A stretch of 64,000 nucleotides of DNA from Alphaproteobacteria bacterium (GCA_965206075.1 CBDBIS010000005.1:1997282-2061281), one strand, 5' to 3'. Shown: positions 12,460 to 22,799, numbered from the stretch's first letter. The notes: generated from the letters alone by a model not told the origin. Program-made: numbers and translations.

Positions 12460-13335
12460 TCATGGTGGGTCATGGCGGAGCCAGAGGCTTGTGTCGCGGG
12501 CTCCGGGGGGCGTGGGCAGAGTGGCCACGACGGAGCGCGCGATACGGTCCGGATGCCGCGTTGCCATGTAGCGGCTGGCGAAGACCGGGCGCCAGCCGCC
12601 GGCGATCAGCAGTGCCGCCGCCAATTGCTCGTTATAGCCCCGCCAGGCCCAGTCCTCCGGATACGGGTCCGGCAGGAACACGTCGTGGACATGCAGCAGC
12701 ACGCCGGGCGGCAGCGCCGGCAGGATGCGCCCGAACAGGAAATCTACGTCCGTGCCCGGCATGGCGACATGGCTGGAATCGATCACCAGCCAGTCGCCCG
12801 CTTCCAGCGCCTCGAAAGGCTGGCGGCCCGCCTCCTGCACCGTCTGCCGCAGGAGCCTGAGGCGGTCCCCGAGCCCGGAAAGACCGGCGCGGGGCGCGGG
12901 ATCGATCGCGGTCACGTCCGCGTCCGCGCCGCCGTCCCGGAGCGCGCGCAGCAGGAAACGCGTGGAATGGCCGCTGCCGACCTCGACGGCGCGGCGCGGC
13001 GGGTGCCGGCGCGCGAGCGCATAGAGCATGGCGGCATCGAGTCGGGGAAACCAGTCCTGGTCCCAGCGCGGCTCCGGCGGCGGCTCCCCGCCTATGGCGC
13101 CGAGCGCCGGTGCCAGCTCGTCAATGTCGTCCATCGCCGCCGCGAATGCCGGCAGGGCCGCCTCGAAGCGGGCCTCGACCCATCCGAGCGGCCCCGGCGG
13201 CGCGACGCTGTCCGCCCGCGCATAGGGAATGAAGAAGCCGCGCCGCGCCAGGCCCAACACGGTCTGCAGGCCGAACAGGAGCCGCCGGCGCACGCCGCGC
13301 CTCATCGGGCCGATCCGGGCCTGCCGCATGCACAT
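12460..13335 (-). CDS. class I SAM-dependent methyltransferase (TylF/macrocin-O-MTase-like fold)
   Basis: VEVGSGHSTRFLLRAL Rossmann-like motif ... LLHVHDVF. The N-terminus is uncertain: the six-frame ORF extends to 13452 through a palindromic hairpin. Confidence 0.55.
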   Translation of the reverse strand: MCMRQARIGPMRRGVRRRLLFGLQTVLGLARRGFFIPYARADSVAPPGPLGWVEARFEAALPAFAAAMDDIDELAPALGAIGGEPPPEPRWDQDWFPRLDAAMLYALARRHPPRRAVEVGSGHSTRFLLRALRDGGADADVTAIDPAPRAGLSGLGDRLRLLRQTVQEAGRQPFEALEAGDWLVIDSSHVAMPGTDVDFLFGRILPALPPGVLLHVHDVFLPDPYPEDWAWRGYNEQLAAALLIAGGWRPVFASRYMATRHPDRIARSVVATLPTPPGARDTSLWLRHDPP

Positions 13336-13397
13336 ATCTCCACCCGGTCGCGTGGCATTGCATGTCCTCCAACCGCCTGCCCCCGCGAAAGCGAGGG

Positions 13398-13447
13398 TCG
13401 CCCCGGCCTCACTCTCCCCGCCCTCGAACGGGGAGAGTGAGGGGAGC
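13398..13447 (-). terminator. 13-bp perfect stem hairpin (cctcactctcccc / ggggagagtgagg) downstream of pyk
   Basis: Perfect inverted repeat with an 8-nt loop 50 nt after the pyk stop. No clear U-tract, as is common in high-GC alphaproteobacteria. It could alternatively be a small REP. Confidence 0.35.
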
Positions 13448-13494
13448 TTCATGGAACGCTCCAGAATATGACTGCTGCATTGTGCACCTTGGCA

Positions 13495-14916
13495 TTACTC
13501 CGGCTCGATGCGGGCGATGCGCAGCACATTGGTGGCGCCGGGGGTGCCGAAGGGCACGCCCGCGGTGATGACCACGGTGTCGCCCGGGCCGGCGACATCC
13601 TCGAGCGCGGCGGCGGCCACGGCCTTGCGCACCATCTCGTCGAAGTCGCGCACATCCGCCGTATGCACGCTGTGGACGCCGCAGGTGAGAGACAGGCGCC
13701 TTGCGGTCTCCAGTTCGGACGTGACGCCCAGGATCGGCTGCTCCGGGCGCTCGCGGGCGGCGCGGAGCGTGGTGGAGCCGGAGGTGGTGTAGGTGACGAT
13801 GGCGGCGGCGCCGATCGTGTCCGCCACCTGGTGGGCGGCGGCTGAAATGGCGTCTGCGGAAGTGGCGAGCGGGCGCCGCCGGTCGGCATCCGCGATCCGC
13901 CGGTGCGACGGGTCGCGCTCCACCCGCTGGATCACCCGGTCCATGATCTCGACCGCCGCCATCGGATAGGCGCCGGCCGCCGTCTCCGCCGAGAGCATTA
14001 CGGCGTCGGCGCCGTCATAGACCGCCGTCGCCACGTCCTGGACCTCGGCGCGGGTGGGCGCCGCCGCATGCACCATCGATTCCAGCATCTGCGTGGCCAC
14101 GATCACCGGCTTGCCCGCGTCGCGGCAGGTGCGGACGATGGTCTTTTGGGCGATCGGCACTTCCTCGGGCGGCATTTCCACCCCGAGATCGCCCCGCGCC
14201 ACCATGATGGCGTCGGCCGCCTCGACGATTTCCTCGATGCAGTCGAGCGCGGCCGGTTTCTCGATCTTGACGAGAACATGGGCGCGCTGGCCGATCAGCC
14301 GGCGCGCTTCGGCCACATCCTCCGGGCGCTGCACGAAGGATAGCGCGATCCACTCGACGCCGAGGCCGAGCGCAAAGCGCAGATCGGTGCGGTCCTTCTC
14401 GGTCAGCGGCGAGATCGGCAAGACGACTCCCGGCAGGTTGATGCCCTTGCGGTCGCTGAGGCGCCCGCCCTCGACCACCTGCGTCTCCAGCGCCTCGGCC
14501 GACTTCGAGAGCACCTTCAGCCGGAGCCGTCCGTCATCCAGCAGCATGTCGTCTCCCGGCCCGACGGCCGAGAAGATCTCGGGGTGCGGCACGCTGGCGC
14601 GCGCGGCGCTGCCCGGCCGTTCGGACCGGTCGAGCATGAAAGGCCGGCCGGGCTCCAGCTCGATGCTCCCGCCCTCGAACGTGCCGACGCGCAGCTTCGG
14701 TCCCTGCATGTCGGCCATGATGCCGACGGGCCGGAATGCGTGGCGCTCCAGCTCGCGCAGGATGCGGTGCCGCCGGGCATGGTCCTCGGGCCGTCCATGG
14801 CTGAAATTGAAGCGGAAGACATCGACTCCCGCCTCCAGCAGCCCGCTGATCGCCTCCGCGCTCGAGGTCGCCGGTCCCAGTGTCGCGACGATCTTGGCCC
14901 TCCGCTTGCCGCGCAT
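13495..14916 (-). CDS. pyk: pyruvate kinase
   Basis: MRGKRRAKIVATLGPATSS...; conserved PK motifs (MVARGDLGVE, catalytic TQMLESM). Confidence 0.95.
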   Translation of the reverse strand: MRGKRRAKIVATLGPATSSAEAISGLLEAGVDVFRFNFSHGRPEDHARRHRILRELERHAFRPVGIMADMQGPKLRVGTFEGGSIELEPGRPFMLDRSERPGSAARASVPHPEIFSAVGPGDDMLLDDGRLRLKVLSKSAEALETQVVEGGRLSDRKGINLPGVVLPISPLTEKDRTDLRFALGLGVEWIALSFVQRPEDVAEARRLIGQRAHVLVKIEKPAALDCIEEIVEAADAIMVARGDLGVEMPPEEVPIAQKTIVRTCRDAGKPVIVATQMLESMVHAAAPTRAEVQDVATAVYDGADAVMLSAETAAGAYPMAAVEIMDRVIQRVERDPSHRRIADADRRRPLATSADAISAAAHQVADTIGAAAIVTYTTSGSTTLRAARERPEQPILGVTSELETARRLSLTCGVHSVHTADVRDFDEMVRKAVAAAALEDVAGPGDTVVITAGVPFGTPGATNVLRIARIEPE

Positions 14917-14929
14917 CGCCCTCCCTTCC

Positions 14930-16141
14930 CTAAGGCTCCACCAGAATAGCCCGGAAATCGTTGATGTTGGTGCGTGTCGGTCCGGTGACAACCAGATCGC
15001 CCAGCGCGGCAAACACGGCATGGGCGTCGTTTTGGCGCAGGCGCGCCGCGGGATCGAGGCCCAGCGCCCGCGCCCGCGCCAGACTGTCCGGACGGAGCAG
15101 CGCGCCGGCGCACTCGCTCGCACCGTCGATGCCGTCCGTGTCGCAGGCGATGGCGTGGATGCCGGGCGCGCCGTCGAGCGCAAGCGCAAGCCCCAGCAGG
15201 AATTCCAGATTGCGCCCGCCCCTGCCCTCGCCGCGCACCGTCACGGTGGTCTCGCCGCCGGAAAGCAGGAGGCAAGGCGGCGGGAAGGGCGCGCCGAACG
15301 CGCGGGCATGAAGCGCGATGCCGGCCATGACCTTGCCCGCCTCGCGCGCCTCGCCCTCGATCCGGTCCGAAAGCAGCCAGGCGGGCGGCCCGTCCGGTGC
15401 AGCGTCGAGCAGGCATTCCCTCGGCGTGGCGATCAGCCGGAATTCCGTCCGCTCCAGTCTTTTCGGCGTGTCTTCGAGGCCCGGAACGGGTTCGATGCCG
15501 TAGGCCGCGAGCACGCGCCGGGCGTCCGCAAGCGTGGTCGGGTCGGGCACGGTCGGACCCGACGCGATGACGGCCGGGTCGTCGCCGGGCACGTCGGAGA
15601 TGGCGAGCGTTACGGTCCGCGCCGGAAAGGCCGCCGCTGCGAGCCGCCCGCCCTTAACAGCCGACATGCGCTTGCGCACCGTGTTGATCTCATGGATCGA
15701 CGCTCCCGAGGCGAGCAGGCCGGCCGTCACGGCCTGCTTGGTCTCGAAGGAAACGCCCGGCAGCGGCAGGGCCAGGAGCGCCGAACCGCCGCCCGAGGCG
15801 AGAAACACGAACAGGTCGTCGCGGCCGAGAGCGCCCGCCGCTTCCAGGATGCGCCCTGCCGCTTCGCGCCCTGCGGCGTCGGGCATCGGGTGTCCGGCCT
15901 CAATCACCTCGATCCGCTCGCACGGCACGCCGTGGCCGTAACGGGTAACGGCGATGCCCTCCATCGGCGCGGCCCAAGCCGCCTCGAAGGCCGCCGCCAT
16001 GGACCCCGCCGCCTTGCCGGCCGCCGCCACGAAGGTTCGCCCGGCGGGCGGCTCCGGCAGGTGCCGGGCGAGCGAAAGCGCGGGGTCGGCCCGCGCGACC
16101 GCACGCTCGAAGGCCCGGCGGAGAATCGATTCCGGCTGCAT
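14930..16141 (-). CDS. glycerate kinase (MOFRL family, glycerate 2-kinase / hydroxypyruvate-reductase-like)
   Basis: DUF4147/MOFRL pattern: LASGGGSALL..., ISDVPGDDP..., IACDTDGIDG. Confidence 0.8.
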   Translation of the reverse strand: MQPESILRRAFERAVARADPALSLARHLPEPPAGRTFVAAAGKAAGSMAAAFEAAWAAPMEGIAVTRYGHGVPCERIEVIEAGHPMPDAAGREAAGRILEAAGALGRDDLFVFLASGGGSALLALPLPGVSFETKQAVTAGLLASGASIHEINTVRKRMSAVKGGRLAAAAFPARTVTLAISDVPGDDPAVIASGPTVPDPTTLADARRVLAAYGIEPVPGLEDTPKRLERTEFRLIATPRECLLDAAPDGPPAWLLSDRIEGEAREAGKVMAGIALHARAFGAPFPPPCLLLSGGETTVTVRGEGRGGRNLEFLLGLALALDGAPGIHAIACDTDGIDGASECAGALLRPDSLARARALGLDPAARLRQNDAHAVFAALGDLVVTGPTRTNINDFRAILVEP

Positions 16142-16194
16142 GATCGGCTAGTTTAGCCATGACCCTTTTCCGTGGCGATTGAGTAGCGAGAGCG

Positions 16195-16485
16195 ATGAGC
16201 GACAGGACAACGACCGAACTGGAGGCAGCCGCCTTCCGCACGCTGGTGCAGCATCTGCGCGACAACCCCGAGGTCCAGAATATCGACCTGATGAACCTGG
16301 CCGGCTTCTGCCGCAACTGCTTGTCCAAATGGTACCGCGCGGCGGCCGAGGAGCGCGGCCTCGACATGAACTACGAAGCGGCGCGCGAGATCGTCTATGG
16401 CATGCCCTATGCCGACTACAAGGCGAAGCACCAGAAAGAGGCGACGCCGGAGCAGTTGGCCGACTTCCAGACGAAGGCGCACTGA
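16195..16485 (+). CDS. DUF1244 family small protein
   Basis: 96 aa; conserved NIDLMNLAGFCRNCLSKWY motif of DUF1244. Confidence 0.75.
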   Translation: MSDRTTTELEAAAFRTLVQHLRDNPEVQNIDLMNLAGFCRNCLSKWYRAAAEERGLDMNYEAAREIVYGMPYADYKAKHQKEATPEQLADFQTKAH

Positions 16486-16488
16486 ACC

Positions 16489-16776
16489 GTGGAGGAGATG
16501 GCCGGCGACGGGGCGCCGTCGGAGAGCGATGTCCGCGGCGTGACCGCCGGGCAGCTCCGCTCCTTCGTCGAGCGCGTGGAACGGCTGGAGGAAGAGAAGG
16601 CCGCGCTGATGGCCGATATCCGCGAGGTCTATGCGGAAGCCAAGGCGCACGGCTTCGACGTGAAGACGATGCGCCAGATCGTGCGGCTCAGGAAGATGGA
16701 CAGCGACGACCGCGCCGAACAGGAGGCGCTGCTGGACCTCTACAAGAGCGCGCTGGGCATGGCGCCGCCCGCATAG
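16489..16776 (+). CDS. gapR: DUF2312 / GapR-like nucleoid-associated DNA-binding protein
   Basis: 95 aa. Coiled-coil SFVERVERLEEEKAALMADIREVYAEAKAHGFDVKTMRQIVRLRK closely resembles Caulobacter GapR. Lies 4 nt after the DUF1244 gene. Confidence 0.75.
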   Translation: MEEMAGDGAPSESDVRGVTAGQLRSFVERVERLEEEKAALMADIREVYAEAKAHGFDVKTMRQIVRLRKMDSDDRAEQEALLDLYKSALGMAPPA

Positions 16777-16978
16777 CCCGCGGGCGCAATCCGAGGCTTT
16801 GGGGGAGAAGGCGGCAGCGCAGTTATCGCGTTGCGCGCGCTGGACAAGCCTGCCGGCAGCCTCCAGACTGGCGCGTCGATAGCGCAATGAATGCCGGTAT
16901 TCCGCCTGCAACGCCGGGCGAACGGGGCATTCGCTGCGTTGCGGCGCAGAATTTCACCTCAACCATGGGAGGACGGCC

Positions 16979-18625
16979 ATGAGGTCGAAAAGACGATTTT
17001 CACTTCGCAACCTGGCGATCGGAGCGGCGGCGGCCATATTGATCGCCGGCACCTTTTCCGCGCCGGCCCGCGCCGGCGGCACGCTCCGCGTGGGCATGAC
17101 TGCCGCGGACATTCCGCTTTCCTGGGGCCAGCCCGACCAGGGCTTCGAGGGTTTCCGCTTCATGGGGCTGATGCTCTATGACGGGCTCATCAACTGGGAC
17201 ATGAGCTCCGCCGACAAGGCGTCCGGCCTCATTCCCGGGCTCGCCGAGAGCTGGTCGGTTGACGAGGCCGACAAGACCAAATGGACCTTCAACATCCGCA
17301 AGGGCGCGAAGTTCCATGACGGCTCCGAGTTCGACGCCGATGCGGTGCTCTGGAACTTCGACCGCCTGTTCGACAAGGACTCGCCGCAATACAGCGCCCG
17401 GATGGCGTCGCTGGTGAACTTCCGCATCCCCTCCCTCGTCTATGACGCGGACACCAACACCAAGGGATGGAAGAAGATCGACTCGCACACGGTCGAATTC
17501 ACCACCAAGTCGCCGGACAGCTTCTTCCCCTACCAGATCTGCTACATCCTGATGTCGAGCCCGGCGCAGTTCGAGGCGACCGGCAGCGACTGGAACAAGT
17601 TCGCCCAGAACCCCTCCGGCACCGGCCCGTGGAAGCTCACCCAAATCGTGCCGCGCGAGCGGGCCGAGTTCGTGCCCTTCGAGGAGCACTGGGACGAGAC
17701 GCGCCAGCCGAAGCTCGACAAGGTCGTCACGATCCCGATTCCGGATCCGAACGCCCGCACGGCGGCACTGCTCGCAGGGCAGGTGGACTGGATCGAGGCC
17801 CCCGCCCCGGACGCCATCCCGAGGCTCAAGGAACGCGGCATGGTGATCTCGTCCAACCTCTACCCGCATGTCTGGTCCTGGCATCTGAGCCGGGTCGAAG
17901 GCTCGCCCTGGAACGACATCCGGGTGCGCAAGGCGGCCAACCTCGCCATCGACCGCGACGGCATCCTCTCGCTGCTGGGCGGCTATGCCGTCAAGGCCAG
18001 CGGGCATGTGTCGCCGGCCGATCCCTGGTACGGATCGCCCAGCTTCGAGCTCCGCTACGATCCCGACGCGGCGAAGGCCCTGCTGGCGGAGGCCGGCTTC
18101 GGGCCCGACAACCCCGTCAAGGTCAAGATGATGATTTCGGCCAGCGGCTCCGGGCAGATGCTGCCCCTGCCGATGAACGAATATATGCAGCAGAACCTGG
18201 CTGAAGTCGGCATCGAGGTCGAGTTCGAGGTCATGGAGTGGCAGAGCCTGCTGGACCGCTGGCGCGCGGGCGCCAAGGCCGAGCAGGCGCAAGGGGCCAA
18301 CGGCATCAATGTCAGCTACACGACCCAGGACCCCTACAGCAGCTTCACGCGCTTCCTGCGCTGCGACCTGCATGCGCCGGCGGGCGTCAACTGGGGCTAC
18401 CACTGCGACGCGGAGATCGACGAGCTGCTGAAGAACGCCTCGCTCGCCTTCGACCCCGCGGAGCGCGACGGCTGGCTCGCCAAGGTCCACACGCGCGAGG
18501 TGGACAACGCGCTCTTCCTCTGGGTGGTCCACGACGTGGCGCCGAGGGCGATGACGGAACAGGTCAAGGGCTTCATCCAGGCCCGCAACTGGTTCCAGTC
18601 GCTCACCCCGGTCACCATGGAATAG
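16979..18625 (+). CDS. ABC transporter substrate-binding protein, family 5 (peptide/nickel/glutathione type)
   Basis: Signal peptide, 548 aa, SBP_bac_5 architecture; GGGAGG RBS 8 nt upstream. Confidence 0.9.
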   Translation: MRSKRRFSLRNLAIGAAAAILIAGTFSAPARAGGTLRVGMTAADIPLSWGQPDQGFEGFRFMGLMLYDGLINWDMSSADKASGLIPGLAESWSVDEADKTKWTFNIRKGAKFHDGSEFDADAVLWNFDRLFDKDSPQYSARMASLVNFRIPSLVYDADTNTKGWKKIDSHTVEFTTKSPDSFFPYQICYILMSSPAQFEATGSDWNKFAQNPSGTGPWKLTQIVPRERAEFVPFEEHWDETRQPKLDKVVTIPIPDPNARTAALLAGQVDWIEAPAPDAIPRLKERGMVISSNLYPHVWSWHLSRVEGSPWNDIRVRKAANLAIDRDGILSLLGGYAVKASGHVSPADPWYGSPSFELRYDPDAAKALLAEAGFGPDNPVKVKMMISASGSGQMLPLPMNEYMQQNLAEVGIEVEFEVMEWQSLLDRWRAGAKAEQAQGANGINVSYTTQDPYSSFTRFLRCDLHAPAGVNWGYHCDAEIDELLKNASLAFDPAERDGWLAKVHTREVDNALFLWVVHDVAPRAMTEQVKGFIQARNWFQSLTPVTME

Positions 18626-18688
18626 GCCGGTTGCCGGTGCGGGCGGGCAGCATGGCGCGGCCCGCCCGCTCCGGCCCGTGCTGACCGG

Positions 18689-19642
18689 ATGCTGAACTAC
18701 ATCATCCGCCGCGTCCTGTACGTCATTCCTATCGGACTCGGCGTGACGGTCCTCGTCTTCGCCCTGGTGCATATGTCGCCGGGCGACCCGCTGAGCGCCG
18801 TCGTGCCGCCGGACGCGCCGGAAGAGATGGTGCAGGACCTGCGCAAGGCCTACGGCTTCGACAAGCCCCTGCCGGTCCAGTATGTCACCTGGCTCGGCCG
18901 GGTGCTGGTCGGCGATCTCGGCGTTTCCGTCGCCCGGGGCCGCGAGGTCGTGGAAGAGTTGCGCATCGCTGTGCCCAACACCTTCATCCTGGCGGCGGGG
19001 GGAACCCTGCTGGGCTTCACCCTGGGCGCGATCCTCGGCGGCATTGCCGGCTTCTTCCAGGGGCGCTGGATCGACAAGCTTGCAACCTCCATCGCCATCA
19101 CGGGCGTCAGCGTTCCGCATTACTGGCTGGGGCTCGTGCTGGTCATCGTCTTCTCCGTCGAGATGAACGTGCTGCCATCCATCGGCATGGGGCCGGGGGG
19201 CTCCACCGCCTGGGAGTGGGACGCCGAGCACATGCGCCATCTGGTGTTGCCCGTCATCACCCTCGCCGTCATCCCGATGGGCCTGATTACCCGCACGGTG
19301 CGCGCCACCGTCGCCGAAATTCTCAACCAGGAGTTCGTCCAGGCGCTGCACGCCAAGGGCCTCTTCCAGCGCCAGGTGCTGGCGCACATCGTGCGCAATG
19401 CCGCGCCGACGACGCTCGCGGTCATGGGCCTCCAGCTCGGCTACCTGCTCGGCGGCTCCATCCTGGTCGAGACCGTGTTCCAGTGGCCCGGAACCGGCTC
19501 GCTCCTCAACAGCGCGATCTTCGAGCGCGACCTGCCGCTGCTCCAGGGCACCATCCTGGTGCTCGCCATGTTCTTCGTGCTGCTGAACCTTATCGTGGAC
19601 ATTGTGCAATCTGCGATAGACCCCCGGATGTCCCGCCGATGA
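18689..19642 (+). CDS. ABC transporter permease (DppB/OppB-like)
   Basis: 317 aa; BPD_transp_1 motif; N-terminal MLNYIIRRVLYVIPI typical of DppB. Confidence 0.9.
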   Translation: MLNYIIRRVLYVIPIGLGVTVLVFALVHMSPGDPLSAVVPPDAPEEMVQDLRKAYGFDKPLPVQYVTWLGRVLVGDLGVSVARGREVVEELRIAVPNTFILAAGGTLLGFTLGAILGGIAGFFQGRWIDKLATSIAITGVSVPHYWLGLVLVIVFSVEMNVLPSIGMGPGGSTAWEWDAEHMRHLVLPVITLAVIPMGLITRTVRATVAEILNQEFVQALHAKGLFQRQVLAHIVRNAAPTTLAVMGLQLGYLLGGSILVETVFQWPGTGSLLNSAIFERDLPLLQGTILVLAMFFVLLNLIVDIVQSAIDPRMSRR

Positions 19643-20547
19643 CGACCGCGCCCGCCCTCGACGGCAAGCAGCAGGCCGCCGTCGATGCCGCACAGGTCGC
19701 CGTGCAGTCGCGCGGCTACTGGGCGACGGTGGGAGGCCGCATTCGCGACGACAAGGTGACGATGGTCTGCGGGTTCGTCGTGCTGCTCATCGTCTTCTCA
19801 GCCGTATTCGCGGACCTGATCGCGCTCGCCGACCCCTACAAGGCGAGCATGCTGAGGCGCCTTGCGGAAATCGGCGCGCCCGGATACCCGCTCGGCGCGG
19901 ACGAGATGGGCCGCGACATGCTCACCCGCCTGCTCTACGGCGGCCGGCTGTCGCTGTTCATGGGCATCAGCCCGATCGTCATTGCATTCGCCATCGGCGG
20001 CGCGCTCGGCCTTGTTGCCGGATTCCTCGGCGGCCGGGTCAACATGGCGATCATGCGCGTGATGGACGTGTTCTACGCCTTCCCCTCCGTGCTGCTGGCG
20101 GTCGCGATCTCGGGCGCGCTCGGCGCCGGCATCGGCAACGCCATCGTGTCGCTCACCCTGGTCTTCATCCCGCCTATCACGCGCGTGACAGAGAGCGTCA
20201 CCACCCAGGTCCGCTCGCTGGACTATGTGGAGGCAGCCCGCGCGAGCGGCGCCCGCAGCCTCACCATCATCCGCGTGCATATCCTCAGCAACGTGCTGGG
20301 GCCGGTGTTCATCTACGCCACCAGTCTCATCAGCGTCAGCATCATCCTGGCGTCGGGGCTCAGCTTCCTCGGCCTCGGCACCGAGCCGCCGGAGCCCGAA
20401 TGGGGCCTCATGCTCAACACGCTAAGGCAGTCGATCTATGTAAATCCGTGGGTGGCGGCCCTTCCCGGCGCGATGATCTTCTTCACCTCTCTGTCCTTCA
20501 ACCTGTTGAGCGACGGGCTCCGCAGCGCCATGGACGTAAGGCTGTGA
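19639..20547 (+). CDS. ABC transporter permease (DppC/OppC-like)
   Basis: ATG overlaps the upstream stop (ATGA). Six TM helices with the EAA-like loop. Confidence 0.85.
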   Translation: MTTAPALDGKQQAAVDAAQVAVQSRGYWATVGGRIRDDKVTMVCGFVVLLIVFSAVFADLIALADPYKASMLRRLAEIGAPGYPLGADEMGRDMLTRLLYGGRLSLFMGISPIVIAFAIGGALGLVAGFLGGRVNMAIMRVMDVFYAFPSVLLAVAISGALGAGIGNAIVSLTLVFIPPITRVTESVTTQVRSLDYVEAARASGARSLTIIRVHILSNVLGPVFIYATSLISVSIILASGLSFLGLGTEPPEPEWGLMLNTLRQSIYVNPWVAALPGAMIFFTSLSFNLLSDGLRSAMDVRL

Positions 20548-21584
20548 CCCGGGCTCGGGATGCGAAGGACGGCGCGTTGCTCGAAGTGCGGGAGCTGCGC
20601 AAATATTTCCCGGTCCGGGGCGGCATCCTCAACCGCGCCGTCGGCTGGGTGCAGGCGGTGGACGATATCGGTTTCGACGTGCTGCCAGGCGAAGTGCTCG
20701 GCATTGTCGGCGAGTCGGGCTGCGGCAAGTCCACGACGGCGCGCCTGCTCATGCACCTTATCCGCGCCGATGCGGGCCGGATAGCCTTCGACGGCGAGGC
20801 CGTCCGTCCCGACGATGCGGCCGGGCTGCGCGAGTTGCGCCGCCGAATGCAGATGGTGTTCCAGGACTCCTACTCCTCGCTGAACCCGCGCCTGCCGATC
20901 GAGGACACGATCATGTTCGGGCCGAAGGTCCACGGCGTGTCCGCCGCCGAGGCCCGCGAGCGAGCACGCGAACTATTCGCGCTGGTGGGGCTCGATCCGG
21001 CGCAGTTCATCCGCCGCTATCCGCATGAGTTGTCCGGCGGCCAGCGCCAACGGGTGAATATCGCCCGCGCGCTCGCGCTCGAACCCCGGCTGCTTATCCT
21101 CGACGAGGCGGTCTCCGCGCTCGACAAGTCGGTGGAGGCGCAGGTGCTGAACCTGCTGCTGACGCTCCGGCGCGAACTCGGCCTCACCTATATCTTCATC
21201 TCGCACGATCTCAACGTCGTGCAATATATGAGCGACCGGGTGCTGGTCATGTATCTCGGCAAGGTGGTGGAGATCGGCCCGACGGCCGAAATCTACGACC
21301 GCATGCAGCACCCCTATACGGAGGCGCTGCTTTCGGCCATGCCATCGATGGACCCCGACCGGCGGACCGAGACCCCGCCGTTGGTAGGCGACCCGCCCAA
21401 CCCCATCGACCCGCCGCCCGGATGCCGCTTCCACACGCGCTGCCGCTTCGCCGAGGATGTCTGCAGCCGCGCCGAACCCCGGCTCGGGCCGGCGGCCGGA
21501 GAGGACGCGGCGGGCGGTGCCGGCCATCTCGTCGCCTGCCACATGCGCAGCGCCGGTTCCGGCCACAGCAAGGCGCCGGCCTGA
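20544..21584 (+). CDS. ABC transporter ATP-binding protein (DppD/OppD-like, with C-terminal oligopeptide domain)
   Basis: Walker A GESGCGKST, signature LSGGQRQRV, Walker B LLILDEA. GTG start overlaps the upstream stop. Confidence 0.85.
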   Translation: MTRARDAKDGALLEVRELRKYFPVRGGILNRAVGWVQAVDDIGFDVLPGEVLGIVGESGCGKSTTARLLMHLIRADAGRIAFDGEAVRPDDAAGLRELRRRMQMVFQDSYSSLNPRLPIEDTIMFGPKVHGVSAAEARERARELFALVGLDPAQFIRRYPHELSGGQRQRVNIARALALEPRLLILDEAVSALDKSVEAQVLNLLLTLRRELGLTYIFISHDLNVVQYMSDRVLVMYLGKVVEIGPTAEIYDRMQHPYTEALLSAMPSMDPDRRTETPPLVGDPPNPIDPPPGCRFHTRCRFAEDVCSRAEPRLGPAAGEDAAGGAGHLVACHMRSAGSGHSKAPA

Positions 21585-21586
21585 GC

Positions 21587-22561
21587 ATGGCGGACCCGGC
21601 AACGGCTCCGGTCCTCCGCGCGGAGGATGTCACGGTCCGCTTCACCGGGCGGGACGCCACGGTGAATGCGGTGAACGGCGTCTCCTTCACGCTCGACCCC
21701 GGCGAGGTGCTCTGCATTCTCGGCGAATCCGGCTCTGGCAAGAGCGTCACCTTACGGGCCCTGATGCGCCTGCTTCCGCCCCGCCGGACCGCGCTTTCAG
21801 GCCGGATCGAGCTGGCGGGACAGGATGTGATGGCGATGAGCCATCGCACGCTCGCGGACCTGCGCGGCACCGAGGTCGGCATGATCTTCCAGGAGCCGAT
21901 GGTGGCCTTCGACCCCGTCTATACCGTCGGCAGGCAGATCACCGAGACGATTATCCGCCATGAGGGGACGAGCCGCGAGGAGGCCCGGCGGCGCGCGATC
22001 GACCTGCTGGACCGGGTGCGCATCCCCTCGCCCGAGCGGCGGCTGCGCGCCTATCCGCACGAGCTTTCCGGCGGCATGCGCCAGCGGGCGATGATTGCGC
22101 TCGCGCTCTGCTGCAATCCGAGCCTGCTGCTGGCCGACGAGCCGACGACCGCGCTCGACGCGACGGTGCAGATCCAGATCCTCCTGCTGCTCCGGGAATT
22201 GCAGCGCGAGCTCGGCATGGCCGTTATTTTCGTCACCCACGATGTCGGCGTGGCGGTCGAGATCGCGGACCGGATCGCGGTGATGTACGGGGGCAGGTTC
22301 ATGGAGACGGGGCCCGTCGGCGAGATCATGCGCAACCCCCGCCATCCCTATACGCAAGGGCTGCTGTCCTCGACCGTCCACGGCTCCCTGCGCGGCCAGA
22401 CTCTGGAGGCCATCCCAGGCTCGCCGCCGGACATGACCCGGCTGCCGCCCGGCTGCGCCTTCGCGCCGCGCTGCCGCTTCGCCGAGCCCGCCTGCGAAAC
22501 GCCGCCCGCCGCCATCGAGCTCTCCCCCCAACACATGGTCCGCTGCATCCGCGCCGCCTAA
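21587..22561 (+). CDS. ABC transporter ATP-binding protein (DppF/OppF-like)
   Basis: Walker A GESGSGKS, LSGGMRQRA, LLLADEPTTALD. Start lies 2 nt after the preceding stop. Confidence 0.88.
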   Translation: MADPATAPVLRAEDVTVRFTGRDATVNAVNGVSFTLDPGEVLCILGESGSGKSVTLRALMRLLPPRRTALSGRIELAGQDVMAMSHRTLADLRGTEVGMIFQEPMVAFDPVYTVGRQITETIIRHEGTSREEARRRAIDLLDRVRIPSPERRLRAYPHELSGGMRQRAMIALALCCNPSLLLADEPTTALDATVQIQILLLLRELQRELGMAVIFVTHDVGVAVEIADRIAVMYGGRFMETGPVGEIMRNPRHPYTQGLLSSTVHGSLRGQTLEAIPGSPPDMTRLPPGCAFAPRCRFAEPACETPPAAIELSPQHMVRCIRAA

Positions 22562-22799
22562 AGCCGCGCTCGACCGGCCTGCCTCTTCGGGCGGCCGTTC
22601 GGGCATGGCGCCATCCGTCCCGCGCCCGCACACCTGTCAACTCCTCCCGGCCGAACTGTCCGGCCCCCCGGGCCCATTCCGGGCGCCTGTCATGAAATGT
22701 AATGGACCCGAGCGATGTCGCCGCCGCGGCGCGCCGATCCCCATTCGCGCCCGTTGCGGCTTCTGATACCAGCGGCCGTCGAGCGAAACCTATCGCGAT

